Shown: one piece after another, positions 50,696 through 50,882 of the stretch
Layout of the letters: the number at the start of each line of letters is the position of its first letter
Numbering within the stretch: position 1 is the stretch's first letter
Assembly: GCA_032718475.1 (NCBI GenBank)
Contig: JAUCBJ010002604.1
Coordinates: forward strand, 1 to 50,882
Direction: 5' to 3'
Length of the DNA: 50,882 nucleotides
Origin: Nemertoderma westbladi
Lineage: Eukaryota > Animalia > Xenacoelomorpha
Notes under the pieces: model-generated
Told to the model about the DNA's origin: nothing
Databases searched by the model: none
Seen by the model: the letters and a program-made list of their open reading frames with translations, nothing else
Program-made: the position numbers and the translations under genes

Positions 50696-50882
50696 TGTAA
50701 AGTCCTCTACGGTAGGGGCTATCCCACGGCCTACAAGTCTACTAATATGAAGCTATAGAATATCTCTAACCGTAAAGTCCAGTAGTATACCGCTTACCAG
50801 ATCCTAGTAACGATGTATCTTACTGTGAGACTCTAGTAATGAAACGGGCTCGTACAGTATCTGACAACAAATCCCAGTCCAG
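50696..50882. mobile_element. Possible LTR terminus of a nested insertion
   Basis: Homology to BEL copy 1 stops exactly at 50695 and the next bases are TGT. The segment runs off the window. Confidence 0.4.

Overview
Eukaryotic (probably animal) heterochromatin-like DNA with no recognisable host gene. From left to right: (1) an intact, very recent Ty3/Gypsy (Mag-like) LTR retrotransposon with identical LTRs (1-4998). (2) A hairpin/TTAGAG-rich tandem repeat, then an intronless ~570-aa ORF with a DEDD-type (WRN/EXD/Mut-7-like) 3'-5' exonuclease domain (6002-7714). (3) A ~300-bp inverted-repeat element abutting a ~20-kb satellite of 56- and 35-bp monomers with higher-order structure and five internal micro-inversions (10396-30567). 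(4) The satellite runs directly into the gag of a decayed, 5'-truncated BEL/Pao retrotransposon (30568-36611). (5) A decayed ~500-codon ORF of unknown family upstream of a second PPT/LTR-like junction. (6) A 51-bp minisatellite, LINE fragments, and an older BEL relic split by a THAP-domain DNA transposon. (7) An inverted, closely related BEL integrase copy, itself apparently interrupted by another LTR. The best candidates for something new are the orphan exonuclease ORF and the architecture and origin of the satellite. All calls are from reading the sequence by eye; no searches were run.
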